Origin: Cyanophora paradoxa CCMP329
Lineage: Eukaryota; Plantae; Glaucophyta
DNA: 64,000 nt
Reading direction: 5' to 3'
Assembly (NCBI GenBank): GCA_004431415.1
Contig: QPMI01000114.1
Coordinates: 69,312-133,311 of the forward strand
A program made the position numbers and the translations under genes. Numbering within the stretch: the first letter of the stretch is position 1; each line of letters starts with the position of its first letter. Positions 31,464 through 43,900 of this stretch are shown in pieces. Below the pieces are notes generated by a model. The model searched no databases, was not told the origin of the DNA, and was given only the letters and a program-made list of their open reading frames with translations.

Positions 31464-32891
31464 GGGTACCTCTTCGCAGGGGCGGCGGCGGGGGCGCACC
31501 GGCCTCCCGCCCGCCGCCGAGTCGCCGGCGCGCGCCGCCGCCGCCGCCGCCGCCGCTTCGGCCGGAGCCGCGCCACGTGGGCCAGCAGCTCGCCCGCCTG
31601 AGGCGAGGCTCCTTTCCCTTCCGCTTCGCCCCTTCTTTCTTTGTCTTGCCTGGCCTCTCCGGCAGCATCGAGCGCGAGGTGCACGCCAACATGCACCTCG
31701 GCAGCGTCGGGGCCCCGGGCCCGCCTCGGCATCCTCCTGCGCCTGTGCCTGCGCCCCGCCCAGCGGAGCCCCCGCCCCGCCAGCTCAGCCGCCGGCCCGC
31801 CGCCCCGACGGGGCCCGGGGCCCGCGCCGCCTGGAGCGAGCCTTCTCCGACGCCCGCTCCCTCCCCGACGAGCCCACACCTCCCCCGTACCCCGTCGTCT
31901 GAGCGGCGCACCCCCCAGGGTTCGCGGAGCTGGTGCGGGGGGTGGACCCGGACGTGCTGGCGGGGCACAGGGTGCAGGGCGGCTCGCTGGGGTATCGGCA
32001 TCGACCTCCAGCGGTGCGGCGTCCTTCGCCTTCGGAGGGCCTCTCTCGCCGGTGCTCGACCCTAGGCTGACGTCTCCGGCCGGTCCGCCCCTCTCCCCCC
32101 TCCTCCCTCCCCCTCTCCCCGGTCTGATCGCCGGCAGGCGCGTGCTGAACGTGCGGCGGCTGATGCGGGGGGAGCTGAAGCACTCCCTCGAGAGCGTCGA
32201 AGAGGGACGCGGGGCCGCAGGCAGCGGGCGGGGACGGCGCTCGCCATCCTCGGGGCCGTCGACCTCGTCCGCCCCGCCCCGCCCCGGACCAGGGTTCCCG
32301 GCTGGCTGCGCGACGCGGCGAAGCCCGCCTCCCCTTCTCCCGCCCCCCTCCCCCCGGCCCCGCCCGACGCCCCGCGCGGGTGCGGCGGGCGTCGGAGCTG
32401 GCGCGCACCTGCGGCATCCACCTCTTCGCCAACCTCGCCCGCGGCTCCGGCTCTCATACGCCCCAGTGCAGTCGCTGTGCCCCTCGACGGCGATCGTGCA
32501 CAACCTCTGCTTCACCACCCGTCTCGGCAAGGCCGGCCCCGCCCCTGCCCCCCCTCCCTCCTCCTCGGGCCCTCGCGCGCCCTCGGCCTCGCAGCTGGGC
32601 GGGCCGGCGGCGGGGCGCCCGGCGCCTCGGGGTCGACCCCCGCTGCTGGCCCCGCCACTGGGCCCCGAAGGGCCGGCCCCGCCGCCCCCGCCCCGGGCCG
32701 CGCCCCGCAGCTGGGCCCCCCTCGCGCCTCCCCCGCAGGGGCGCTGGGGGAGCTCGAGGCGCCCTCTTCGTCGGGCCCGAGGGTGCCCCCAGCGCCACCC
32801 CGCCCCCTCCATCCCCGCCGCCTCCTCCTGGGCGCGCGGGCGCCGACTCTGCTGCGCGCGCACGCGCCGACTCTGGGCCATTCATGGCCAT
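31460..32891 (-). CDS. Unknown multi-exon low-complexity protein gene (fragments duplicated at 1-461 and 8332-8670)
   Basis: ATG at 32891, exon-like segments, stop at 31460; exon structure not resolved. Confidence 0.35.
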
Positions 32892-33740
32892 CTTCCACTA
32901 TAGCTAGTAGAATGGGGCAGGAAGTGACACTGTCCTGACAATATTAATGCAAATAGTGTCAGATTAAAAGTGTCGGCCGGCCTGACACTACTTGGAGCGG
33001 GGCTTCTCTTCTAGTGATCTACAGCAGTCCGACGGTCACTGAGTCTCCTACTGCACTAAACAAGAACTAACGAACTAACGAACAAAATGAACGAGGGAGG
33101 AGTGATCAGAGAGGGGCACACATATTACAGACGTCGACAGGACAAGTATTGAATTGCACTGCAGCGGGCCACGAACGGAAAGCGACCGGCCGCGGGCCGA
33201 GCTCAGGATCAACGCGAGCAGCTTCGAATTCGCGAGCACTGGCCATGGGGACCTGGCCGGGGCCCTCCGCAGGACCCGCCCCGCTGCGCATGCTCGGGGC
33301 CCCCAGAGGCGAGGCGCCAGCAGCGGGTCGACCCGCGGCCGCGCGGGCTGCCGGCGCCGGGGGAAGGCCGCGCGGGCCGCGCGCCAGGAAGGCCGCCGGG
33401 GGCGGGGCGGCGGGGCGCGGGGCGAGGATGGTGGGGCGTCGACGTCGGTGGCGAACGAAGGGGTGGACTCCGGGAGGGGGTCTGCGGTCGGGCGGGTGGG
33501 CGGGCGGGCGGGGCCCCGAGAAGCCAAGGAGGAGGCGGACGTGGGTGAAGGAGCAGGGGCGGGGGGCGCGGGTTGGGGCGGGGCCGGGGCGGTCAGGGCG
33601 GGAGGAAGAAAGTGTCGTCGAGGGAGACCACCTCGCCCCGCACCTGCCGCCCCCGCCCTCGGCCCGAGAGGCGGGGGCGGGGGGCGGGGGCCGGCGCGCA
33701 CCCGCGTGTGGTTGTGCCGCAGGAAGGTCGCCAGCTCGGC
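32431..33740. repeat. Segmental duplication, copy B
   Basis: Matches 1-1302, including the last two GT23 exons. Confidence 0.95.
32896..33016. mobile_element. Second copy of the CACTA-like mini-element (inside the duplication)
   Basis: Same CACTA...TAGTG ends as 466-587. Confidence 0.45.
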
Positions 33741-34444
33741 TGCACTGCGGCAGGCCCCCTCCCCCGGGCCCCACGGTGGCCTCCCCGCGGCCGCCGACGG
33801 CGACGTCGGCCCCGCTCCCGATGCGCCCCTCGAGCTCGCGGCCCCCGTCCTCGCCCGCCAGTGCAGCGCATCGATATCCGGAGCTCCCGCCCCCGCGGCC
33901 GCCACATGCGCCTCCGCCGGCCGCGCGGTCGCGAGCTCGAGGGCGCCCTGCCGCCGGCTGATGCGGGCGCCTCGCGCTGCGGAGCTTGACCGCCGGCGCA
34001 GGCCTAGGCCCCGGGGCCGCGGGCCCCCGCGGGGCCGGAGCTCGCTCGGACCCCGCAGCCTGCAGCTGCCGTGAGCTAGCGCCGCCCCGGCGGGCGCCGG
34101 CGCCGCCAGGACCCGGGCGCCCACGCCTTGCGCTTCCGAGGTCGAGGGCAGCCAGCGCGCGCTGAACTCTTTCTCACTAGTTTTCCAGCCCAGTTTCGTT
34201 TTCGTTCTAGCTATATAGGTATATATCATAGGATTATAGGATTCCGGTACCCCCGAAAATTGCGCGAAGGCCCGCGAGCGAGTAAGCCGGCGCAGTGGGG
34301 CTTTCCCCAACGCGGGTGCCTGTTAGCACTGCACGTGGCCGGTCCCAAAACTCGCGGCGCCGACGCCCTACGATCAGCACAGCCCGAACGCGCAAAGTAG
34401 GTCAGCCGGGCGGGCGACGACAGCCGCAGCGACACCACGGACAT
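33593..34444 (-). CDS. Possible chimeric gene: unknown 5' exons fused in frame to GT23 terminal exons
   Basis: FSGVPESYNPMIYTYIARTKTKLGWK...GEGACRSA/AELATFLRHNHTR|VRGEVVSLDDTFFLPP*. Confidence 0.4.
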
Positions 34445-34740
34445 CTAGAAGAGCAGTCGCGCCCCTGGTGGCACCGCGACCCGCGCCAGCTCCCGCGGCA
34501 ACGTGTTTGAACGGGCCGGTCCCCGCCGCCCTCCCCTGCCACTCAGAGCGCGCCCGAAAGACGTCACACATGTTCTAGAACCAGTATGCGCTCTATAGAG
34601 CTCTCGTCCTCGCTCCGCCCGCCCTCCCGCCAATGCACGCCACCCGTGCATGCACGGCTCGCCTGAGCTCATGCCCACAGCGCACGACGAACGACTCGAC
34701 TCCGTGCAATCGGACCCGCGGCTCCGCCAACGCACCTGGA

Positions 34741-34950
34741 ACGCCGGCGCCGGCGACGCGCGCGCGGGGCCGCCCGCACCAGCACGACATCCAAGCCCCA
34801 CGGGGGATCCTGCGAACCCTCCCCGCGCCCGTCATCTACGCCCTTCGCTCACGCCTTTTCAATATGAACTTTGACGCCTGCCGCGCACCGCCACAGAGCA
34901 CGCCGGCGCCGGCGACGCGTGCGCGGAGCCGCCCGCGCCAGCACGACGTC
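34741..34950 (+). repeat. Direct repeat ~48 bp, period 159
   Basis: acgccggcgccggcgacgcg(c/t)gcgcgg(g/a)gccgcccgc(a/g)ccagcacgac at 34741 and 34900. Confidence 0.8.
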
Positions 34951-35807
34951 ACAGGACCACGGGGCCGCATCCCCACGCTCACTTGGCTCTCCGTGACGCG
35001 CGCGCGACGCCCGCAGGCCTCTGGTGGGACGCGGTGCAAGCGCCCCAAGACACGGCGGCAGACAGAGCCCTCTGCCCCCCCTGCGATGCCGCCTCTGCCG
35101 GCGCCGCCGGCGCTGGCATGCGCACCGAAGACCACTACCCGGGCGCACGAGCACTCAAACGCTCGCCCAGCTACCACCGCGGGTCTGAGCCAGACGGCGC
35201 TCGCCCGCTCCAGGGCCCGGCCTCGCCGGGACCCGCCCCCGCGGGGTCAGAGCCTAAAGGAGCTCGCCCGCTGTCGGACCCGGCAACCCCGGGCTCCCCT
35301 GATGCATCCTCGGAGGTGGACAGCACACCCCTGGCGGTCGTCCCGATCACCAGGCCCCGCGCCGCCCGCCCCTCGTGCACGCCGGCCCCTCTCCCGAGGC
35401 GACCGGCCCCCCGCCCCCACCCCCGCTGCAAGCCTCCTATACGGTCGGCGAGCCTGAGGGGCACCTGCGATATATACCTAAATAGGTTGACTGCGCCGAG
35501 CTCAAGGGAGGTCGGCGCCACAGTCGAACTTTCCTTAGCGCTCGGGACATCCTTGGCCCCCCTAGAAGCGGAGGGCTCTATAGCTAAAATGCACGAGGGA
35601 GCTAGGCACCCTCCGAGGCTCCTCGAACTCGCACGCAGCGGCGCCAGATGCAGTGCACAGGCACGAAGAAGCCGCACGTGCACAGGGTCCATATACATAT
35701 ATGCACACACACAGCAAGCGCATCCAGCCCGGCCTACTAGGCTAGGCCTGGACATGGCATGCGCGCGCAAGACCACCGAGGAGGCCGCAAAGATCTAGCC
35801 GCTGAGC

Positions 35808-35831
35808 TATATATATATATATATATATATA
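35808..35831. repeat. (TA)12 microsatellite
   Basis: Direct reading. Confidence 0.95.
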
Positions 35832-36009
35832 GATCCCCGGGCCCGGCCCCCGCCCCCGGCCCTGGGCTGGCCACCATCTCGCTTACCAACTACCAGGCGG
35901 CCCAGCGCGTGCTCGCCGAGCTCACCTCGGCCCTCGGGGGCCCCGCCGCCATCGAGGCCCTCCTGGCCGGCCGCCGGGCGGCCGCCGCCGACAACGCGGC
36001 AGCGTAGAA

Positions 36010-36476
36010 ATTTCCTCTCTCGGCACTTTTACCCTTTCGGCCCCCGATCTCTTTCTCTTTCCTCTCTCTACAATTTGCGGTAGCATGACTGCCGAAGAAA
36101 GGGGCCTTGTGACAAGCCCGCCGCCCTCCTCTCTGAGTTAGATCGCTCCATGAAGCAATGACACCCCCCTACCCGCCCTCGCATTAAGCCTTGCCCGCCT
36201 ACGGATCCGCCCCACCTCCCTAAGCATCTCTCCGGCCCGGACGCTTGCGACAGACTAGCTCCACGGCCTGCGCCTTCGCCACGCCCCTCTGTCCCCTGTC
36301 CCCCCTAGGGTGCCCACCCCGCCCGCCACCGCCCGTCCCCGCGGCATACCCGATCCAGCCCCTACCCGGCCCACACTCACCCCGCGCCCCACACGCAATA
36401 AAAATCGGGGGGCGCGCCCGCTACCCTAGCCCGCGCCGCCCCCCTCCCCCCCTCCCTCCCCGCCCCGCTCTCCCCT
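36010..36476 (+). repeat. Dispersed repeat Y: uninterrupted, diverged homolog of the sequence LINE-A inserted into
   Basis: Colinear blocks ctttcggccc, tgaagcaatg, gccacgccc, gcgcccca(c/g)acgcaataa, gggggcgcgcccg and a C-tract, shared with 9141-9342 + 28650-28840. Confidence 0.6.
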
Positions 36477-36618
36477 GACTGATAAGCTTGGCCCCCACGG
36501 CACCACGACTCCCAAATGTACGTCTACACTCACACCTACGACCCCCTCCCACGCCTCCCCCCACAAGAGAAACGCTCAGCTGTAGCGTCGAGGCGCCTAT
36601 CCCTGTGTTCCGGCCTCA

Positions 36619-36730
36619 GGTTATGCTCTGACCCAGAGTTCGGCCTATTCCGAACCGGTAGTGCGTACGATGATGTTACTGAACAAATACACTCGTCCTG
36701 GCCCTTGATATGGGCTTTGTGAAAAAAAAA
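36619..36730 (+). repeat. Dispersed repeat X copy ending in A9
   Basis: Inverted homolog of 9003-9140. Confidence 0.75.
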
Positions 36731-37086
36731 GGTATATATCATAGTATACGTAGTGCGCTATTTGCTGACAACTTTAGTGTCTTCAAGGCTTTGCCACGTG
36801 CACTTCAGTACTTTCCGGAATTAATACTGTTCCACTTTATTCGAAATGCATAAGGTGCCTGCATACAGCCATATGCATGCCAAAAAGTTGTCATGGTCAG
36901 CTTCGAATTCGAATTCAGATTGTCGAGATATCGATTAATTGATTTAGAACGTAGATCGACATGCATGGATTGCAATTGCTCGTCTTACTACTACGTACGA
37001 GGTTATAATTATCAATCGCAGCTTGCCCCATATACGAAGCTGCTCCGAGGCTCAGCGGCTGTACATAGAAATTTCAAGCGGAATTT

Positions 37087-39528
37087 TTAAAAGTTCGCTG
37101 TCTGTTTCTCTGCGTTTCGCGGGGAGCGCGATGCCATGATGGGGTGGCCATGGGGAATCACATTGAGGATTCGGATCCGGGCTCTAGACCTCGCGAGTTC
37201 GCAGCTTGCAATTGCGCAATTGCGAGTTCGCAGCTTGCTTGCTTCGACGCCTGCGGCGCCTCGGATCGGAGGGCTCTCGATGTAGGGGCCGACCTGAGCG
37301 CGGGGCGCGGGGCGCGGGGCAGGAAGCGTCAAGGGGGGTACGCCGCCCGGCGGGAGCGGGGGCACGCGCGCCTTCTCCCAGAAGCGCTCCGGGGGGATCT
37401 TGGTGTTCGACTGGGCCACCGTGAAGCAGCCGGGCTCCTTCGGGTCGAACACCTGGGGGTACCGTGTAAGGGGGGCGAGGGTGGTAGAGCGATCCGAGGG
37501 GGCCTAGAACTCGGGGGTACCCGCTTCATGTCCCACGTGTCGATCATGCTCGGCCACCAGACGCCGAGAGCGAACCTGGGCAAGAACAGGGGACACGGGG
37601 AGCGGTTAGGGGGTACGAAGGCCCCCGACGTCGACCACCGCCACGCCGCGGGCAGCGCACTCTTTGTACACCCCGTGCTGCGTTTCAACTGCAGCGGGGA
37701 TCTCAGAGGGTACCCGGAAGCGCGAAGAAGAAGGGCCCGGGCGGGGTGGAACCGTGGTACTTGTGGAAGAGGCCCGTGGCGGCGGCGTACGTGAAGTAGA
37801 CGCCGTACTCCGTGAACGAGTCCCACCTGGCGATCGGATCAGATCTGAGGCGGCCGGGGAGGGGCGCGGGCGAACGCACACGCGGTCGACGAGGTGCTGG
37901 CGCCAGCAGAGGCCGAAGCGCTCCTCGATGTGGCGCCCCACGCCCCGCGCCACCTGCCCGGGGAGGTCGAGCCCAGGCCCGGGCCAGGGCGGGGGCGGGG
38001 GCGGGGGCCCGGCGGCCTAGGACAGGCCGGGCTTTGGGGGGCGCGAAGGGGGGGTAGGGGAGTTCGCGCACGCTGGTGCTGAGGACGGCGGGTGTGACCC
38101 CGAAGCGCAGCGCCTGGCTCGCGGGGACCTCCATGCCCAGCACCTGCCCCCGCCGCCCCGCCCCTCAGCCCCCGCTTGCGCTCGAGCTACCGCTCCGGTC
38201 GGACAGTGCCCGCGGGCCTCTCGCCCCTAGGCCCCGCCCCCGCCCCCGCCCAGAGCACCTTGCCCGAGCCGTTGTACCAGGCGTGCACCGTCTCGCTCAG
38301 CGCCTCCTTCGGGAACATGTTCGTCTTCGCCTGCCGGGGGGGTACAGGCCGTTCGGAGGTCCCCGGGCGGGGTACGCAGATTGTCGGGGGGAGGGGGGTA
38401 CGCGCGCCTTCCCGTCCACAAAGAGCTCCGCGAGGCCGCACCTCTTGACCGCGATAACGTCCTGGGAGGAGGGTGGACGGGGAGGAGGGTACAGGATCGG
38501 GCGGGGGGGGGGGTACCGCGTCCAGGGCCACGTAAAACTTCGTTCGAACGTGGGCGGCCATCGAGAGCTGCGCACGGGTGGGTTCGAAATCGGCTTTCTG
38601 ACGGGAACCGTACAAGGGGGGGAGGAATGGAGGGGTACGACACGCGCCTTGATGATCTGCTGGCGGATCCAGTTCGGGACCTCCCACCTGCGCCCGGCCC
38701 CCGCAATCGCCTCATTCGGTCCCCTCGGTCGTCCTAACAGAGGGCCGGGGCGGGGCGGCGCACTGCGCGAGCTCGGGGACGAGCACGTTCTCGCGGACGA
38801 CCCGCGCGTGCGGCGCGAGCCACGAGCCGGCGACCTGCGCCAGGAGGTCGGGGGAGCGCTGGCGCCATAGCCCGAGGGCCCGAGTAGGGGCGGGGGCGCG
38901 CACGGCGCGTGCGACCTCGTCGGCCTCCCCGTCCACCGCGACGACCAGCGCCTCGCACACGCCTGCGCCCGGCGGGGGGCTTCAGGAGCCGCGCCCGATG
39001 CCGGCTTCGGCTAGATCATGCGCCACTGTAGCCCTTCTCGCTCTAGATCTGGGCGTCATTCGAATTCTCGGATCGTGCCGGCGGACCCGCCATGTCGAAG
39101 AACTTTTTGAGGCTCTTGTCGAGGATGGCGAAGCGCGCGGCGTCCTTGAGGGCCATCGGGAGGACCAAGGAGACCGCCTCGTCCGCCGCGCAGGGCGGGA
39201 GGCCGTCCCTGCATGCGCGCTTCGGTGAGGCGAGGGCGAGCGGATGGAGCGGGAGGGCGCACGCCGCGCGCTTGGCGAGGCGCCCGCCGAGGAAGACGTG
39301 CGCCTCGGGCGCCGCCGGGCACCGCCCCGAGCGCCACCGCAGCGGCTCGATGTCGCCCGCGGCCGCGCCCGCGACCTCTCCCGCCGCGTCGGCGCCGGCA
39401 CTGGAGGCGTGCGTCTCGCCGCTACGGCGCGCGAGGGCCCAGAAGCCGAGCTGCGCTGCCACGAACGCCGCGAGGAAGCGCAGGGCCCAGCGCTGCGCCG
39501 GGGAGAGCCTCGGGAGCCGCCGCGCCAT
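37087..39528 (-). CDS. DUF6492-like (GT-A fold) glycosyltransferase, type II membrane protein, multi-exon; 3' end approximate
   Basis: N-terminal TM WALRFLAAFVAAQLGFWAL; NWIRQQIIK|LSMAAHVRTKFYVALDA|DV (DxD), FGVTPAVLS, WDSFTEYGVY, FTVAQSN. Confidence 0.72.
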
Positions 39529-40138
39529 CCCGGCTCCGCGCGGGATGCCTCTGCGTTGCGCTCGCCCAAGCTAAACTGCTGCTAAAGGTGAGGGGGGGTA
39601 CCAAGCCCCGTCCCTAGCTCAAACGCTGTAAAGCGCCGGCGCCGCGCTGAAAGGCGGAAGCGGACGCCGACAAGACTGAGGCGTCAGCTCGCCCCGGACA
39701 GCGGCCGTGCGGGGGCGGGGCCCAGCGGGGGCGGCCGGGCCAGGTGCGCGGCAGCAGCGGCGGAGCGAACCTGGAGTCGATGACGCTGAAGCATGCGCAG
39801 CCGGCGAGGCGGCGGGCGAGGAAGCGGGCGGAGGGGCAGGTGGCGCCGGGCCCTGCGCATAGCCTGCGCGCGCAGGGCCGAGGCGTCAGCTCGCCCCGGA
39901 TCGGACAGCCGCGGCGCAGGGGCGGGGCCTAGCCCGGCGCGACGTACTAGGAGCAGCTGCGAATGCTGCGACGCCGCGGCCGCCACACTCTGCTACGGAA
40001 CGCCGGCCGCGGTTCAGGCCACGCATACGTGGGGCCGAGGCGTGCAAGTGGCGACCCGCCCCGTGCTTGAACTGCGCTTGAAGAGCTTGACAACATCGAG
40101 CTGGATCCGGAGTCTGCTTGATCATGAATCGGAGTCCG

Positions 40139-40567
40139 TCAGAAACCGAGAGCGCTAGCGTTGGCAAAACGCCGCGGCCGCGGGAGCGCACACAGCCGGC
40201 GTCGCGGCGTCTCGGGCGCCTTCTTCCTGCACTCTCGCGGCGCTCTCCGCCACCAGGAGCGCATCCGCGGCTGTTCCCGCACGGTGCAGGTGTCGCCGCC
40301 GAGGCCGCAGCCGGAAGCGCACCGGAACGCGACGTTGCGGGCGCGCCGCTCCGGCGCGTGCTCCGCATGCGGATCATCGGATGCTCGGCCCCGGCCCGCG
40401 ACCTCGACCTCTGGCATGTACATGTGTACCCAGCAAAAACTGAAACTCTCAGGAGCACTTTTTTCCGGCGCCCGGTACAACAGGTACTTGAGGCGGCCTA
40501 GCGCGCCACGCGCCGCTTCTCGAGCCCAGGCATGTATGACTGAGTTTGTAGAGCGCATTGGTAGCAT
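40139..40567 (-). CDS. Possible exon of an unknown gene
   Basis: Balanced-composition ORF (LKYLLYRAPEKSAPESFSFCWVHMYMPE); no domain recognised. Confidence 0.2.
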   Translation of the reverse strand: MLPMRSTNSVIHAWAREAARGALGRLKYLLYRAPEKSAPESFSFCWVHMYMPEVEVAGRGRASDDPHAEHAPERRARNVAFRCASGCGLGGDTCTVREQPRMRSWWRRAPRECRKKAPETPRRRLCALPRPRRFANASALGF

Positions 40568-40756
40568 TCAGGAGCACGTGGTCCGGCGCATATAGCAATA
40601 GCAGGTGAGGAGCGGCTTCGACATGTTTGCGCAGCCCCGCACTTGCATTTTTTTCGCCGCTCGCAGCGGCTACGATGCGATCACACCTATACGAGAGCGC
40701 ATGCAAAGAATCTTATCTTACAAAAATTGCTAACACAGAAAGTACGCCGCACCAAT

Positions 40757-40834
40757 TCACCAGGGGAGCAAGGGAGGGGGTACCCCCCCTTGCAATCACC
40801 AGGGGAGCAAGGGAGGGGGTACCCCCCATTGCAA
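40757..40834 (+). repeat. Tandem duplication, 2 x 39 bp
   Basis: tcaccaggggagcaagggagggggtacccccc(c/a)ttgcaa twice. Confidence 0.9.
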
Positions 40835-40942
40835 TTACCACTTCCCAAAAAAAAGGCTGATACGCGATCGCAGCTACCGTATAACACAATATTAATGCGC
40901 TCAATATTAATGCGTTTTTGGACCCGGAAGCCTTGCGGCACC

Positions 40943-43900
40943 TCAAATCGGAGCTCCAGCGTCGCGTACGGGCCTGGGAGCTTGGTGAGAAGCGCAGGCA
41001 GAAGGATGCCTATATCTCTTCTGTCCAAGCCCTCGAAGCTCTCATCCGTCGCCACGCCACCGGTTCTATTGACGATATCGCTTTCCGTTCATTGCGCACT
41101 TCTATGATGCGCACCTTAAATTCTCTCGTGTCTGAATATGCCAGACAGCATTCGCGCAACGAGATTCGTTTCGCCGCTGCGCAAGATGGTCGGTCCAGTA
41201 AAGCCTTTTTCGAACATTATTTACCGGATTCTCATGCTCAGTTCACCGAGGGGCTTCGGGCCCCGGACACCGAAGGCCCGGAGGCCGCGTCAGACGACCC
41301 CCGTACTTTGCTTGAGCTTTCTTCCGCCTATTACGCTCATCTATATGACGGTGCTGCAGCTCAGGCCGCGGTTGATCAGTCGTTAGCTGAGCGGTCTGGC
41401 GTTGCCTCTCTCTATTCCCTCACCGCCTGCTCCCTACTGAGTCTGCTGATCTTGACTCTGACCTATCGCCTGGAGAGCTGCTTCGCGCTTTTAAGGAGAT
41501 GTCTGGCGGCGCCAAGTCCCCTGGCATTGATGGCCTCCCTGCTGAGTTTTACGTTCGCTTTTTTGATGAGATTGGCCCCGACTTCTGTGCTTATATCTCT
41601 GCTATGTACGAGTCCGGACAAGCTTCCGAGTCTTTGCGGCACGTCCTTATTACTCCTATAACTAAGCCGGCTACGGACCCTACTTTGATCGCAAATCGCC
41701 GCCCAATTTCCCTCTCTAATGTTGAGGAGCGTGCAATCGAACGCGCCCTTTCCAATCGTTTAACGCCACTCATGCCTGGCCTTGTATCCCGCTTTCAGTC
41801 TGGCTTTATTCATCGTCGCTCCGCAGTGCACCAGGTTATGCTCGTCTATCTTTTAATGCATTACGAGGGCGGTAATCCTGAGCTTGAACAGCTGTGCTTC
41901 GGATTTCTCGATTTTTCAAAAGCTTATGACCGCGTTAACTGGAGCTTCCTTTTTTGGTCGCTTGAACAGTTCGGCTTCGGCTCTCAGTTTATTAAGTGGG
42001 TTCGCTTGCTCTACTCCGATCTACAGGGCTCTGTTCACATTAACGGCTGGAGATCGGCCCCTTTCCCCATTCGATGCGGAGTGCGTCAGGGTGGCCCCCT
42101 ATCGCCCTATTTATATAATCTGTGCACGCACCTGTTAGCCCTTTTGATCAATGCTGACGTGCGTATACGAGGCGTCCGCCTTTCTTCTAGCTCTCTCTGT
42201 AAGGTACTCCAGTTCGCGGACGATACTGTTCCTTTAATTTCTTCTTTTGCCGAACTGCCCTTCTGGAAAGAGTGCTTTGATAAATATTGCCGGCTGTCTG
42301 GTGCCCTAATTAATCTCGAGAAGTCTAACCTTCTTCCGCTCCGCGATATTCCTGCGGACGTGTGGCCTAGCGTCGAGGACTGTCCCTGGCGGCGTCTCCA
42401 GGTGACGGATCTCCCTCCCGCTGAGAAAATTCGCAAGTACTTGGGCTTTCCGCTTGAGCCCAATCTGTCTCGATTCTGGCGTAAGAAAAATGCTGCTCTT
42501 GATATTCGTGTGCAGCAAGCGAAAACCTATCGCATGCCGATGCGCTCCGGCGTTCTCCTTGCCTGGGCGGTCTTTATTGGATCCCTGCATTATGCTCTGT
42601 ATTTGCTTGACCCCCCCGATGCCCAGTATACTACATGGCAAGAGAAGCTTCGCTCTTTTGCCGGCGTGAGTGGGCAACTTTCGAAGTATATTTCTCCTCT
42701 GCCGTGGCGTCAAGGTGGTCTCAATTGCCCTGATATTCGTGTCTTTTCTTTATCACTGAAAATGAAGTGGGTGGCCTTGTTGGCTGACCCGTCCTGTTCG
42801 GCTCCTTGGAAGGAGTACCTCTTGAGCAAACTGGACGTTCAGCTGGCGCCCTTTTCCTACGGCCCCGCCTTTATCTCGCTTCGTCTCCCACTTGGCGGTC
42901 TTGACTTGCCTCCTATTTGGAAGCAGGCTTTCTCGGAGTGGGCTCAGCGCCAGGGCGTGTGTCAACCTCGTACTTCACTCGAAGTTTTATCCCAACCTCT
43001 TTTCTTTAATCCCTTGTTCGATGCTCCGGGTGCCGAGGTTGACTGGAGTCGCTGTGCACGGTCTGGCTTGCTGCGGGTCTGCGATATCTGGGATTGTACC
43101 ACCCGGCGATTCCGGACTCCACCAGCTGCCTCCTCCGCCCTCCATTCATTTTTTCCTCGTCTGTGCTCCGCGATCCCAGCAGCATGGCGACAGGTCCTTG
43201 AGGCCCTCGCCCGCCAACTCAACATCTCTGGTGGTCTGGACCGGACACCTCGGTTGCTCTTCTCCGGGGCCCGAGCGGTACTTTTGTTGCCTTCCCCGTT
43301 CGCGATAACCAGATAATTCCGCGGGTGCTGGATTACGTGCCGCGTGTTCCTCGCCGCCCTGCGGCTTCCCACCCTGTGGGCCCATCCTCCAATTCAATTT
43401 TGTCTCGCTTGCTCCCGCTGCACGTTTGCTTTAGCGCTGTCTTTCTCTCTCTGCGCCGCGGAACCCTGCCCGGTCTCTTCATTCTTGGTGCAGGCCCTTC
43501 TGCCTTCCTTTCTTTTGATAATCTTGCATTCACGTTTGCTCGTATGCTTCCTCTCCGCCTCTCATCTGTTCGTCGCTTCTACTGCCTCGAGGTCCAGCGG
43601 CGTCGCGATGTATCTAGCCACGCTCAGATGCCCGATGCTAAGTGGGGGTTCCCCGGCGCCTTGTCTCCGTCCCGTCTTCCTAATCTTGTCGTCCTTCAGT
43701 GCTTCCCGATGCTTTGGATCGATGCTGTTTACCGTCTACATTTCAAATTGTATCGTTTGGGCGAACACTCGCCCCGCCGTCGTTTCTGCCGTGTTTGTAA
43801 TGACGGTTCTGCTCGCTCTCACGCGCACGTTTTTTCTGAGTGCCCCCTTTCTCGTTCGTTCTGGGATTTCATTCGAGAACGCCTGCAGTTGTGGGCGTCT

